Origin: Tubiluchus corallicola
Lineage: Eukaryota > Animalia > Priapulida
Length of the DNA: 64,000 bases
Direction of reading: 5' to 3'
Assembly (NCBI GenBank): GCA_030141605.1
Contig: JAQGDQ010000617.1
Coordinates: 62,001-126,000, forward strand
The notes beneath the pieces were generated by a model. That model searched no databases and was not told where the DNA came from. It saw only the letters and a list, made by a program, of their open reading frames with translations. Shown in pieces: positions 1 through 14,890 of the stretch. The position numbers were made by a program, and so were the translations under genes. The first letter of the stretch is position 1; each line of letters begins with the position of its first letter.

Positions 1-18
1 TATATATATATATATTAT

Positions 19-683
19 GTTTTGTTGTGTTGTGTTGTATTGCGTTGTACTGTACTGTGCTGTGCTATGCTATGCTGTGCTGTGCCGTGCCGTGCTGTGC
101 CGTGCCGTGCCGTGCCGTGCCGTGCCGTGCCGTGCTGTACTGTACTGTACTGTACTGTACTGTACTATACTATACTATACTATACTATACTATACTATAC
201 TATACTATACTATACTATACTATACTATACTATACTATACTATACTATACTATACTATACTATACTATACTATATTATATTATATTATATTATATTATAT
301 TATATTATATTATATTATATTATATTATATTATATTATATTATATTATATTATATTATATTATATTATATTATATTATATTATATTATATTATATTATAT
401 TATATTATATTATATTATATTATATTATATTATATTATACCATACCTTACCACACCACACCACACCACACCACACAACACCACAATACAATACACTACAC
501 TACACTACACTACACTACAATACACGACACGACACGGCACGGCACGGCACGGCACTGCACTGCACTGCACTGCACTACACTACACTACACTACACTACAC
601 TACACTACACTACACTACACTACACTACACTACACCACACTACACTTCACTACACTACACTACACTACACTACACTACACTAT
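19..683. repeat. Compound pentanucleotide microsatellite
   Basis: Successive blocks of TGTGC, CGTGC, TGTAC, TATAC, TATAT, CACAC, GGCAC, TACAC. Confidence 0.95.
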
Positions 684-1154
684 AGATACTATACTATATT
701 TAGGCGCAAAAGAACAATAAAGAAAAGGTAAAAAAAGTACATAAAGAACATAAAAAAGCTTATGAACAACACAAGAGCAAGCTGCCTGCTGGTCCATATA
801 TTAAAAATTATATCCTATAAAACTCTCATATCATATACGCATTCTATGATAGGTTTGCTTTCAGAAAGTGACAATCATGAAAAATTTACTGTGAAAATTT
901 ATAAGACAATGTCTAAAAAATTTTTTCGTTGTCTATTCTGCATTTCTGTTTTATCGTTTGATCATTAAAAACTCTTAGACAATTCTGACAATATTGTAAT
1001 TAAAGGGGTCGCTGTTGTGTCGTGTACTAATGTGAAATATGCCTTATTCTTTTGTCCGATCTTTGTAAACGACATTTTGTAGTAACTACTGATTTATGGC
1101 ATTGCATAGTTACTGCACATCCACGTCATTTCATAGTAACTTACACGTTTGAAG

Positions 1155-1500
1155 CAAAACTGGACCCAATCTTAAACTGCAGGTCAAAACAATCTACTCC
1201 TTCAAATATTGAAAGGAAACATACTATTTTTTCATAAATGACTTACGTGAAAGAATTATTTTCACACAAACACAATTTCACGTTCGCGCCACTAGTTGTT
1301 CGCTGTTACATGCATTTCCCCATTTGCTAATTAGACAGGCACTAGCGCCTGCATTTCGGAAAGGCATTGCACGAAAAACAAGTGCTGTACCTCTTAGTTC
1401 AGATGTGTTAGTTTGTGACGAACTACACACGTTCGACAGCTCATGCGTTAGCACAGCGGTAAATTTGAAATTTAAATTTTATCTTAAAACTTATGAAATG
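1155..1500 (+). mobile_element. Fragment of TTAA-flanked non-autonomous DNA transposon (Kolobok-like family A)
   Basis: AAAACTGGACCCAATCTTAAACTG..CAAAACAATCTAC end shared with copies at about 3250-3826 (-), 42602, 44722 and 48478-49054. Confidence 0.6.
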
Positions 1501-2169
1501 TCGCCCTGTCTTCCTTTAAGGGAATTGAAGTTTCCGAACTCCGACACTCCTATGGGAATTAACTATAATGTTTGAACTTCCAAATCCCCTCGTCCTAGGT
1601 GAGAAGACCTGATCCAGGATGGGAGAAATGACTTATTTGGACACACCCCGTGAACGGCCATGGCTAGAAGGCTAGAACACGATCAAGTTCAAACAAAACG
1701 CGACCAAGACGCAATGTTGCATTTAAGATGAAGATTCTGCGTAAGACAAATGACGAATAAGATAAGCGGTAAAGGGTTATTCGTCTATCAGTCTGTGCCA
1801 GTGGACGGAAACGAAATGCACAGAGCTTAATGAAGTCAAAGCCTACACCAGCGACGTGGTGAATCAGCTATATTGATGGAGTATATAGTGTATAGTATAT
1901 AGCTATATACAATGGCAAAAAAACATAAACTATAGTTGTTTCCGTGACTTAAATAAAGAAACCTTGCAGGGGACAACATAACCAGTGTATTTGTAAGAAA
2001 AGAAACAGCATTAAATAAAGCTCTAGTTAGTTTTGCAACAGACGGTTTTATATTATCAGTTTGTAAAGGGATGTTAAAGCGTTAAAAGGATAGTACAATA
2101 TAAATTTTAGTTCACTCACATATATGTATAGATATACACAAACACACACACACGCACGCACGCACACGC

Positions 2170-2234
<65 letters not shown>

Positions 2235-2239
2235 AATAT

Positions 2240-2465
2240 ATATATAAAACTCGGGGAAAATTTATCCTGGTTTTATCGTAAATTTTAGCTCATGCATACA
2301 TATGTATAGATATTTATATACATATATGTATAACTCAGGCAAAATTTACCTGATTTTATCGTAAATTTTAGCTCATGCACACATATGTATGTGTTAGATA
2401 CAGATATTTATATACATATATGCATAACTCAGCTAAAATTTTTCCTGGTTTTATCGTAAATTTTA
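2240..2465. repeat. About 90-bp tandem repeat, 3 units
   Basis: TTTTATCGTAAATTTTA(GCTCATGCA) recurs at about 2271, 2354 and 2449. Confidence 0.8.
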
Positions 2466-2825
2466 ACAAAAGTTCTTGTTCTTATATATTTGTAAGTAAA
2501 TCGTGCATGTAGAAAAGTTTGTCATTTCTAATACTTTCCTAATGGTGAAATCTAAACAATCCCAGTGAACGAATTCTGCTATTGTGGACCTTAATTATTA
2601 TAAATAATTGTTACAATGTTTTATAAGCAAGTTTGTGGTACATGTATTAAGAACAATAATTATAATTCACCGTGTTGTATGTATACTCTTATATCTTATA
2701 TCATTATACTGTGCAGAATTATCGGCATGTAAACAGACACCTTGAATTATATGATATTTGATAATATATGGATGTGTGTATATATACATATATATTATAT
2801 ATACTATATACTGTTATATATGTTA

Positions 2826-2861
<36 letters not shown>

Positions 2862-3249
2862 GTATATATTACATATATATTATATGTATATATTAGGCAA
2901 ATAAATAATCACCATCGTCGTCGTCATCATCATTATCATCATCATCATCACCATCATCATCATTATCATCATCATCATCATCGTCTGTATGTAACTAGAG
3001 GCCTTGCATTTATATATTGTGCAAATAAATATTTACTATCATCATCAATTAGAAAATGAAATTTTGAAATGAAACGCGTTATTTATTTTTATTTGAATTT
3101 CTGTGTAGTTTTTTTGCCTAAAATAGAGATATTATATAGTTATATTTCTTTAGGTATTTTTTGCATTAGAGCATCTCATCTATCCAACAACTTGTTAGTA
3201 CAAAATTTACTAAGAATTTTTTCAGAAATAGATTTTCAGAAATACTTAA

Positions 3250-3826
3250 CGCTTTCGGCTTCTCTGAGGTGAGTTTCTATAAGGAAGTCGAAAATTTAAA
3301 CTAGTTTTTGAAAGGTTACAACAAGTACGATAAAAAGTACACTTTAACACAATTAGTACTGCAAAGGCGTCTCTGATAATTAAATAATAGATTAAAATCT
3401 TGTTAAACGGCGGGCGAGTCCAAACTAACACATCTGAACTGAGAGCTACAGCACCTGTTTTTGTGTAATGCGTTCCCTGTGCCCGTCTAACTAGCGAATT
3501 CGTGTTTATGTTATAACTATTCTTTCGTGTAAGTCATTCTTGAAAATATAGCATGTTCTCTTTCAATATTTTATAAGGCAGATTGTTTTGAGTTATAAAG
3601 ACTGGGCCGCAGTTTTCTTTCAATGTCATATCTACAGACGGAAATTTCGCTTTGACATGATTTACACGTTGAGCAAGAACTAGTGGCGCGAACGCCAAAC
3701 TGCATTTGTGTGATAATAATTCTTTCACGGAAGTCATTTTTGAAAAAGTAGTACGTTTCCTTTCAATATTCTAACGCGTATTTTGTTTTGAGCTACAGTT
3801 TAAGATCGGGTCCAGTTTTCCTTTAA
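3250..3826 (-). mobile_element. Kolobok-like family A fragments
   Basis: Ends ...GGGTCCAGTTTTCCT-TTAA; reverse complement of the 1155 copy, with a partial internal duplication. Confidence 0.6.
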
Positions 3827-4343
3827 TAATAATAAATTTGAATCACGATTTGCTAACAACGAACAGCAATTAAGTTTAACTAAAATGACACGTTCTTAAA
3901 CCTTCCCTGCGACGACAATACGCAAATAAAGACCTTAATTACTGAAACAGAATTGAAATAGCTTCTGTGATTACTAGATGAAAATAACGTTTGAACCTCA
4001 GCCAACTGGCAAAATTTTTTGCTGATGTAAAAAGAAGTAAGAGACCAGTAAGTCAAACTAATCTCTAGTATATCATACTAACGTAAAATCTACAGTTACT
4101 CTAAAACAAATCAAAAACGAACAAAAAATACTGTAATATCCTTAAAAAAATTAATACGAAGAACAAATCGCACCTTATCAGTGGAAGATCCTATCTTTTA
4201 TTTTTGAATTTCTAGTTGCACTTATAGTTTAGCTTTTATCAGACGCATTTGCCCACAACAGTGTATGTTTTTATATGAACTAACACTGATTGTCTGTCTT
4301 TTATTACGATGGTCAATGTTTTCAAAAAGGTAAAATAAAAATT

Positions 4344-5604
<1,261 letters not shown>

Positions 5605-7685
5605 AGTAGCAAATTCTCGTGCTATTAAAAATTTAAACCTACTATACACAAAAAATTCAAGTCACCAACACAAAACACCAGTAAACCACCAAATTTCAAT
5701 TTTATACGTTTAGTATTTTACAAAAACTTATTTTGGAAACATTGTGTGAAATGAAATGTAAAGGTGTACGTACTTATGTAATTAAATAATTAATTAATTA
5801 CATAAGTACGCAAAGTTTTACATTTCATTTCAAATTAATACAGCCTCACTTGTGTTTTTAATCGTAAATTCATCATATTGTACAACACTATTGTTCACAG
5901 CAGTGGAAATACTGATTACACTATCACTACTTTTTGAGTGTGTAGTTTACCGTTCAACGATGTGTAATTTTTATAGCAATAAAGAATTTTATCATTATTA
6001 TTTATTATTATTTAAATTATAATGCCAGATGAACATCTACAGAAAGCAAGAACAGAATGGTAGTACAAACGAAAGCAGATTTCTAGCTCTGACAAGCATT
6101 TGTGTTTTATATGAAGAAATCTCTTCATTATCCGTAATTCCTAAAGTATCTTTCTGATTTATCTGTATTTTTCTTGCAAACTTTGTGACTTGTTCGTACT
6201 AATTTTACTTTCTAGAGTTTCAAACCCTGAAGTGGTTTTACAATCTAAATTCTGTTCAGAACAGATGGGCAATTGATTAGAGGTCATTTTTGCCACTAAA
6301 CTCATTATATAAACAGACACATTAACACATTAACACATGACATTATTTTCCTAATTTTCTCCAGAGATTTAAACACCACACGGTATTTAAACTTACGAAT
6401 CGTCGTTCATCACGCCTAGTGCCATCTGACGGCAAGAAACGTTTCTATTTCATGTATTGTTTCGGTCCTTACTAGTACTAGGACTTCGAAATATATTTAA
6501 TGACTTTTTACAAATTTAGGTTATTTAATAATTTATGAAATGGCTGAAATATACCAGTAGCAAGAAATGGTATGTTAGCAAAATGATTTTGACTTCATAT
6601 ACTGTACTTATTATGAGTTAATTACGAAAACAGCAAAGAAACCGCATCACCGAGATTAACAACAAGAGATCATCGTTGACTACCGAGCGCCATCTGTTGG
6701 CAGGAACTTAAAAAATTACATTGAATTGGTAATTATTGTATATGTATGCATGATTTTTTGGGGAGAAATTTTAAAAAAGCACCCTGTTATTAACACGTCT
6801 ATAGTAAAGTAAATTTTTGCGTAGTTTGATGCTACGCGTAGCACGTAAAATTGTTATAACTTTTATATACGCACAGATGTGTTAGAATTGTATTAAATTT
6901 ATTTCAAAGTACTTGGCAAGTGTGATAAATTGTTTATATATATCCCGCGACGGCGCGAGATTTGTTTATTCGTGGTGTTATATAAAATAAAGGCTTGTGA
7001 ATGATAGTCTTACAATAAAAACACGTTTTATAATGATGCTTTTGTATTTTCGGTATCAAAGGATCCATGTAGCTATTTGTTATTACACCGTAAATTACAG
7101 TGTAAATATTTCACGTTTGTAATAACACTTTTGAGTTTTGCATAAACTAGTGAGCAGCTTTGTTAAACTTTTGTATGAAGTAGGATCTTGACGACGACGA
7201 TGATGATGATGAAGGTGATGATGATGATGATTATACTGATGCTGATGCTGCTGCTGCTGATGATGATAATCATGCTGCTGCTGGAGAGGTGGTGGTGATG
7301 GGGGATGATGACGATGATGATGAAGAAGAAGAAAAAGAAGAAGAAGACGATGATGATGTTGGTGATGATGATGATGATGATGATTCTTAAATCATCATTC
7401 TTAAAAGGTTCAAATCACTAAGCAGTAGGTTTATTATAAAAATTTTAATATAAAGGCAAAGCATATTATTATACAATCGAAAATATATTTTACACTAGTA
7501 ACTGGTGTACATGATTGTATTTGCTTAATTAATAATACATATTAATAGTTTGCAACAATAAAACTAATATTGATTTGAATTACAGCTACATAAATTATTA
7601 TTTTGAGTTTAAAATAACATTTTTGCAACAACATTAACTGTAATAGTATGTTTAAGTACCCGTAATGATGTTATATTAATATTGT

Positions 7686-7734
7686 AATCATCATCATCAT
7701 CAACATCATCATCATTTTCATCATCATCATCAGT

Positions 7735-7783
<49 letters not shown>

Positions 7784-7807
7784 GCAACAACAACAACAAC
7801 AACAATA

Positions 7808-7839
<32 letters not shown>

Positions 7840-7886
7840 AGCAGCAACAACAACAACAACAACAACACAACAACAACAAAGAACAA

Positions 7887-7921
<35 letters not shown>

Positions 7922-8061
7922 TCAACATCAACATCAACATCAACATCAACATCAACATCAACATCAACATCAACATCAACATCAACATCAACATCAACAT
8001 CAACATCAACATCAACATCAACATCAACATCAACAACAACAACAACAACAACAACAACAGC

Positions 8062-8102
<41 letters not shown>

Positions 8103-8186
8103 AGACAACATCAACATCAACAACAACAACAAAGAACAACAACAACAACAGCAGCAGCAGCAGCAGCAGCAACAACAACAACAACA
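7686..8186. repeat. (CAT)/(CAA)/(CAACAT)/(CAG) compound microsatellite
   Basis: Directly visible. Confidence 0.95.
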
Positions 8187-8682
8187 TTGCATTTTTCTAC
8201 TTTATGTCTTTAAGTGCTAAATTAAATTTGCTCAGTCTAACCAATCACAAAATTCTGTTTAATAGAACGCGTTTGTTTGCGATCAGCTGACTTAGACTTA
8301 GCAGAATTTTCTCTTTTAGAGTCTCTTGTTCGCTTGGCGCCATCTCTCGTGGGCGAAAGCATCTAACGGTAAATCAGACTGCACCAAATGCAAGTACACG
8401 ATAAAGTTTAGGTCACTAGAGAGTCAGAATTTTAATAACTTAAAGAGATGTCGTAAAGTTACACACTTATACACAGTTACCCTACCTATTCCATATCAAA
8501 CAAGAACGATTAGTCTACGGTTTTGCCTGCCTCGCATAACGGAAGTAAAAAACATTGAAAGTTTGTATCTTTTTTTACATAGAAACTGAAAATGACATAT
8601 TTAAATCCTTTGTAACAACAACGATATCCGCTTGATAGACAACCTACTATATGATCATTTTGTTACATTTTTATTTGTTGCA

Positions 8683-9443
8683 ATATATACAACAATAGAT
8701 ATATTTTAATGTCTCTATCGGCACCGTATTCTTATTTATTGTTGTTGTCGTCAAGTAATTTGGAACAAAATTCTAAGCTTGTTAGCGATGTTGTGTTTTT
8801 TCATAATAACAACCCACTGGTTTGAAGAAACCGAAAAACTTGAAATTTAGTTTTAAGATTTTATTCTGAAGTGTCTTCATAAACAGTGAAGTAGTGTCAT
8901 GTTGAAAAGCAGAAAACCAAGTGACCAAAACTGCATGTGAAATCATTTAGGTGTGAAAACCAGGTTTAGAGATTAATGCATTCATAAAAATTGTAGAAGC
9001 CAGTGAAAATTTAAACAGTAAAGAGAAAGATTTAACAATTTTACCAAGAACACCTGAAGGTGCCAGCATTATCCAAAACTCAAAAACGTATGATGACAAT
9101 AGAACATAAATTGAAATTTAGAGTAATTAAAATAATTTTCTTCTGTCCACCCACTATATAATAAATTTCATTACCTTTTTATTAGGGAAATCCAACGTTC
9201 CTGCTGCACATCAGCAGTTTTCAACAGTGAAATGACGAAAGATGACCGCTAGCGTGCAGCAGGAACGTTGGATTTTTCTAATAAAAAGGTAATGAACTTT
9301 ATTATATAGTGGGTTGTTTATGAAAAAACATGAAATCGATAACAAGCTTAGGATTTTGTTCCAAATTACTTGACGATAACAACAATAAATAATAATACGG
9401 TGCCGATAGAGATATTAAAAATATATTTGTTGTTGTATATATT
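8683..9443. mobile_element. Foldback (palindromic) MITE with nested insertion
   Basis: 8683-8818 plus 9149-9210 is the reverse complement of about 9253-9443. The left arm is interrupted by 8819-9148, which is flanked by ACCCACT direct repeats. Confidence 0.8.
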
Positions 9444-10112
9444 CAAATGGGGGGGGGGTAAAGATAGCATGTAATCTAAAACAAATTGTAGTAGAATTTT
9501 TTCTCTTCAGACTTTGTTACAAGAGGTATCAAGTACCATCGACAAAAAATCGGCTTTGTAGCCATAATAGTATTGTGACGTCATCGTGACGTCACAGATG
9601 AAAAGTGACCTCATTTTTGGAATTCCCTGGTACACATTCTTTTCAATCGATAATACATATTTCTCATCCATATGTGATATAACTGATTTTTGGCTTGAGT
9701 AGACGCCATCTTGGATTTATGAGCATATCTCAAAGTATCAACGCGAATTTTGGTCGATTTTTTTTTGCTGAGACTAGCAGAATCTGAAGAGAAATATTCT
9801 ATTGCAATTTGTTTTAGGTACCCACTGACTAAGAGCTATCTTAACCCACATATTTTGCTTCTCCGTATGCTCGATCACACAGTAATAAGTATTTTCTAGA
9901 GTTGATTAAATCAATGTATCTCCGCGTGCTAAATTGTTTATCTATCTAAAACACTTTAGTGAAAATAAATAGATTTCAAAATAACGGTTTCGCATTGTAA
10001 ATTTATCTAATTGTTTTTGCCTAATTCCGCAATGCATCTCACAGGTTTTTGTATAGAATTCGTGTACTGTTTTTGTATATCCTTGTTTACGTTTACAAGT
10101 AACTAACAATTT

Positions 10113-10418
<306 letters not shown>

Positions 10419-10972
10419 TTAATTCTAAGACGTGTAAATATCATCGTAAATTTTGTCGTTAAACCGCAAAGTTATATTATAACAGAACCTTTTCAATCAT
10501 TATTATTCATACTGATTGTTTTTGTAAAATTATTAGCAAACAAATAGTCATAACTTAATAAAAATTCCACAAAAATGAAAAGAATTTTCTTGAATTTAAT
10601 GAATTGAATGTCATCGTGAGTTACTTCTGTGTTAAACTGTGGTAAAATATGCTGTTGTTTATTAATCACTATAATGTTGTGTTCAACAACTAACAACGAA
10701 AACAATAAAAAATAAACAAACTGAAACATTTCAAAGGCTTAATGTTACAACAATAATAAAATGTAAATTAAAAACGGTATGAAGGAATTATAATTATTAA
10801 CAACACGAAAGACCCAGGCTTCTAGGAATCAACATGTTTATTGAGCGACGATCGTTTCGGCTATTGAAGCCATTGTCAAACTGTAAATGAAGCCAAAAAT
10901 AGGAATAAATAATACATTAATGATCCAAAGGCACAAACTGAAATTACGAAACAACAGATTAGAATTTAACTT

Positions 10973-11490
10973 ACAAAATTTTTTCCTAATACATGAGAAT
11001 GAAAAAAGAGCACAAAAGAACAGAGAAATGTACAAAATTTTTACCTAACACATGAGAACGAAAAAAGAACACAACAGAACAGAGAAATGTACAAAATTTT
11101 TACCTAACACATGAGAATGAAAAAAGAACACAACAGAACAGAGAAATGCACAAAATTTTTACCTAACACATGAGAATGAAAAAAGAACACAACAGAACAG
11201 AGAAATGCACAAAATTTTTACCTAACACATGAGAATGAAAAAAGAACACAACACAACAGAGAAATGTACAAAATTTTTACCTAACACATGAGAACGAAAA
11301 AAGAACACAACAGAACAGAGAAATGTACAAAATTTTTACCTAACACATGAGAATGAAAAAAGAACACAACACAACAGAGAAATGCACAAAATTTTTACCT
11401 AACACATGAGAATGAAAAAAGAACACAACACAACAGAGAAATGCACAAATTTTTTTACCTAACACATGAGAATGAAAAAAAGAACGCAAC
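10973..11490. repeat. 59-60 bp tandem minisatellite in ftz intron, about 8.5 units
   Basis: Unit CCTAACACATGAGAATGAAAAAAGAACACAACAGAACAGAGAAATGYACAAAATTTTTA. Confidence 0.95.
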
Positions 11491-13751
11491 AGACTATTGT
11501 GTTCTTTCTTGGCTAATAATTTCAAAAGCCGAAAGTGTCGTCGCTCAGCAAACACGTATAATTACTAAAATTTTCGTTTTTCATACAAAATCTTGTACTT
11601 TCATAATAGCTAATTTGTCGTACGAAATTTAATGAATAACCAATAAAGAATTAAGTTTTATAATTTATTACATTATGTTTTTTCTTACATACAAATCAAA
11701 ACAAGCAGTGAAAGGTATCGGTTAACTCGCTGTATTTAATAAAAGTAAATACAAATGGGTTTACAGACAAACAAAAATAATTGAAATTTGTTCACTCTTT
11801 CAATTCCAAGCGAAAACAACAACTTTATTTTATCGCTGTAAGTTCAAATTCAAAATTCAATTTTTTTGTTCCTGCAACTAAAACTATATAAAATAGAAAT
11901 ACCAAATTGACATAAAATACAATGCAATAAAAATTCAAGATCATATATATATATACTATACTATATTATATACTATATATACTATATTATATTATTCTAT
12001 ATTAGCAACATAGTAACAATACTATGTATACTATAATAATATACATTATAGAATATAATATATATTCTATATTATATTCTATATATATTATATATAATAG
12101 AATATATATTCTATTGTATTTTATGTCATTTTGGTATTTGTATTTTACTATCGCATTTGTATTGGTATTCGCATATATATGTATTATTATTCGTATAAAT
12201 ATATATACGCTATACTGGTTTAGTAAATGTAACAGCTAAATTAATTTTGACAAACTAATTAATGTAATAAATCATACTATTTTACAAAAAATTAACAGTT
12301 GACAAGTCTATATACGAGTTAATAATAGTAGTTATAATACCATTGTCAATGTGTTTAATAAAATAACTATATAATGATAATAATATCCCAGTTAATATTT
12401 TGGCGCCTTTATATTTAAAAGGCTTTGGCGGCCATTCATAAATTAAACGACGTTTGCGAACTGTAACCGCCTTCGCAAGGCAACGACAGGCTGGATTTAT
12501 CGATTTTTCAGATCGATAATGAATCCTCCGTTTTTAACTCGTTGGCTCCTGCTGTTAACGAGTGTTACGTCACTTCCTCCCTGGCGTATTGCCAACACGA
12601 GTTGACGAAGAGCTGTGATCTATTGTACGGCTCCCATTAGAGAAATAATTACGCTTAAGTAAAATAAAACTATAACTTTTGAAAATTAGGGGTAATTCAA
12701 GCGTTTTGGAGAATGTCAGTTAAGCTTCTGAAACAAAAGATGTAATAAAATAAAACAGGAAAGGTAAGTGGGAAAAGAAGGCGGGAGAAGAAAAGAAAAG
12801 AGAAGTAAAACAACACACAATACTTATATATTTCTATCTAAATATAAAAATGATATAATTCCTGTTTTCAAAGAAAATACTTTATTATTTATGCTCGATA
12901 AACATAAAAACGAACGCACCTATAATCTAAAACAGTTACTTACAACTCAGTAAGCAAAACAGCAATCAACTTATGGAATTCAGCACTTTTAAGTATAAAA
13001 TCAAAAGACGGATTAACAAACTTTAAAACAGAACTAAAAAACAAACTCCTAACTCACAAAAGACCCTTATATAAAAACAGTAAAGTAGAATTCATCACTA
13101 AAGGAGAATATAACGCGTAACGCTTTAGACTCATAAATTCATCATATTATAAGTGTCTATACTATAAAAATATACTATACTCGTACGGAAATTTACATAG
13201 CAAAAAAGTAGCAAAAAGTATTAAAATTCACAATTCCATAAGTCACCATCATGTAGACAAATTTGTAGATATGTAATATAGTATTTTAATGTTTTTGTTC
13301 TTATAATTTTTAACTTACACTAACTGACACAATTGCACACATCAGTCTGTCACTGACTGGTTATCCACTGATCTTACGTATGATATAATTTCTTTTACTC
13401 TGCGCTAGTGTATAATTTTTTGCAATAAAGATATATATATTGCACTACAGGGCTGTGGTGAAATGAAATGTAATGAAATATATATTCTCACCTTGTGTTA
13501 GATAAAGCCACGTTCACATGCATGCACACCTGAGAAGTCTACTGTATTCCCCTGCCAGCATTAAATTTATATATTATATATATATAAACAACAGAAAAAG
13601 AAAGAAATAAAGAACAGTAAAAGAAAAAAAAGAGAAAAACTAAAAATTGACGTTTTATAAAATTTAATAAATTGTGGTGTGACAGATTAGATTGAAAGAA
13701 ATAACTGATATATGAAGAAGAATGAAACGTTTTATAAGTAAAATAATATAC

Positions 13752-14205
13752 CTTTTTCTTTGATCCAGGAAAAAGTCGTGTTGGCTGGAATTGAGTTTTG
13801 ATATTGACCGTAATTATTGTTTGACGAAATGCAAATAGGATGCTGCAGTTTATCACAAGGAGTCACCTGTTGCTGATGCTGCGATTGCGGAGTTACCTGA
13901 GATGATGTATAAACTGGGTACTGCACTGACCGCGTACTCTGCGACCACGGATAATTTCTATGTTCGTGATTTCCTAATCCTGTCTGCGAATACATCACGC
14001 AGGTATCCCTCTTTTCTTGCGCTGGATTGTAAAGAGATCTAAATCCCGGATTGCCAGGATTTTTCCTGAAAACGTTGGTCCGTTCATCATAATCGTACCG
14101 CGATCCGTATTCAGAGTTTCCCGGATGACAGAGTCTCTGTTCCCCCAAACTTCCGCTCCAAGTAGCACTAGACGCATTGTCATTATGATTATAATATGTA
14201 TTCAT
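13752..14205 (-). CDS. ftz: ftz/Lox5-type Hox gene, exon 1
   Basis: ATG at 14205 (MNTYY...), 454 nt of non-repetitive Q/S/Y/P-rich ORF ending TFSWIKEK then G|GTATAT donor at 13751. Phase 1 joins in frame to exon 2 (G+AT = Asp), giving 246 aa with a 3352-nt intron. Confidence 0.8.
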
Positions 14206-14279
14206 TGTGACAAAAACGAATTCTTCCCTTCAGTAACACTTCATCTGACTCTTTCATATAAAACTGCTAAAAATGTACA

Positions 14280-14890
14280 CAATCCGCTAATAACGATCAC
14301 GTGACCACCCCGCACGTCAATCTTCTTTACAGGTGAAGCTAATTACAGGTAATTAACGCGGATGAAACAAAAACATGCCTTAATATATCTGTATCATATA
14401 CTTGAAGACGCAGAATACTACAGTATTTTAGCGTCCCTCTCCCAGAATCAGTAGCAGACTACTACTGGTCAGAATTATAACCGTTCCAAAAACTCAAGAG
14501 CAGTAATTACTATTATAAACTTCAAGCTGGCTGCCCTAATGGCGTGGAACCTTCGCGTATATAATATATGCCTTCCGGGCGCACGTTGGGCCCCCAAGCA
14601 GCGTGTTTATGCTGTTAGCTGCCGCAGTATTTATGACGGGACATAAAACTTCGACAGGGTCCGATTGAATTCCTGCTAATTTAGAAGCACCGTGGGTTAT
14701 GGCCAGTGTCAGAATTTGCTCTGTTTCGGAAAATGCTCGAGTGGCATGTTGGAGATAACTTGACGCTTTTCGAAAAAGGAATAAAAAAGTTTAGAATTTT
14801 CAATAAGATTGAAAAAACTGATTTTAAAAACAACAACAAAAAAGAGTTATGTTGAAAACCCATGCAAGGTCGATTGCAAGGTCATTTTTT
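14280..14890 (-). promoter_or_regulatory. Probable promoter and proximal enhancer of the ftz-like gene
   Basis: GC-richer unique DNA upstream of the ATG: GGTCACGTGA E-box (14297-14306), TA-rich box near 14558-14569, three TTTATG sites (14606, 14630, 14642) and two CAAGGTCR sites (14865, 14877). Confidence 0.5.

Noticed and set aside
17-731. Three overlapping ORFs of 222-234 aa
   Set aside because: Translations of a stop-free pentamer microsatellite.
10973-11490. Regular repeats resembling CRISPR arrays (also 46408-46793, 47660-48115)
   Set aside because: Head-to-tail units without unique spacers, no cas genes, eukaryotic context.
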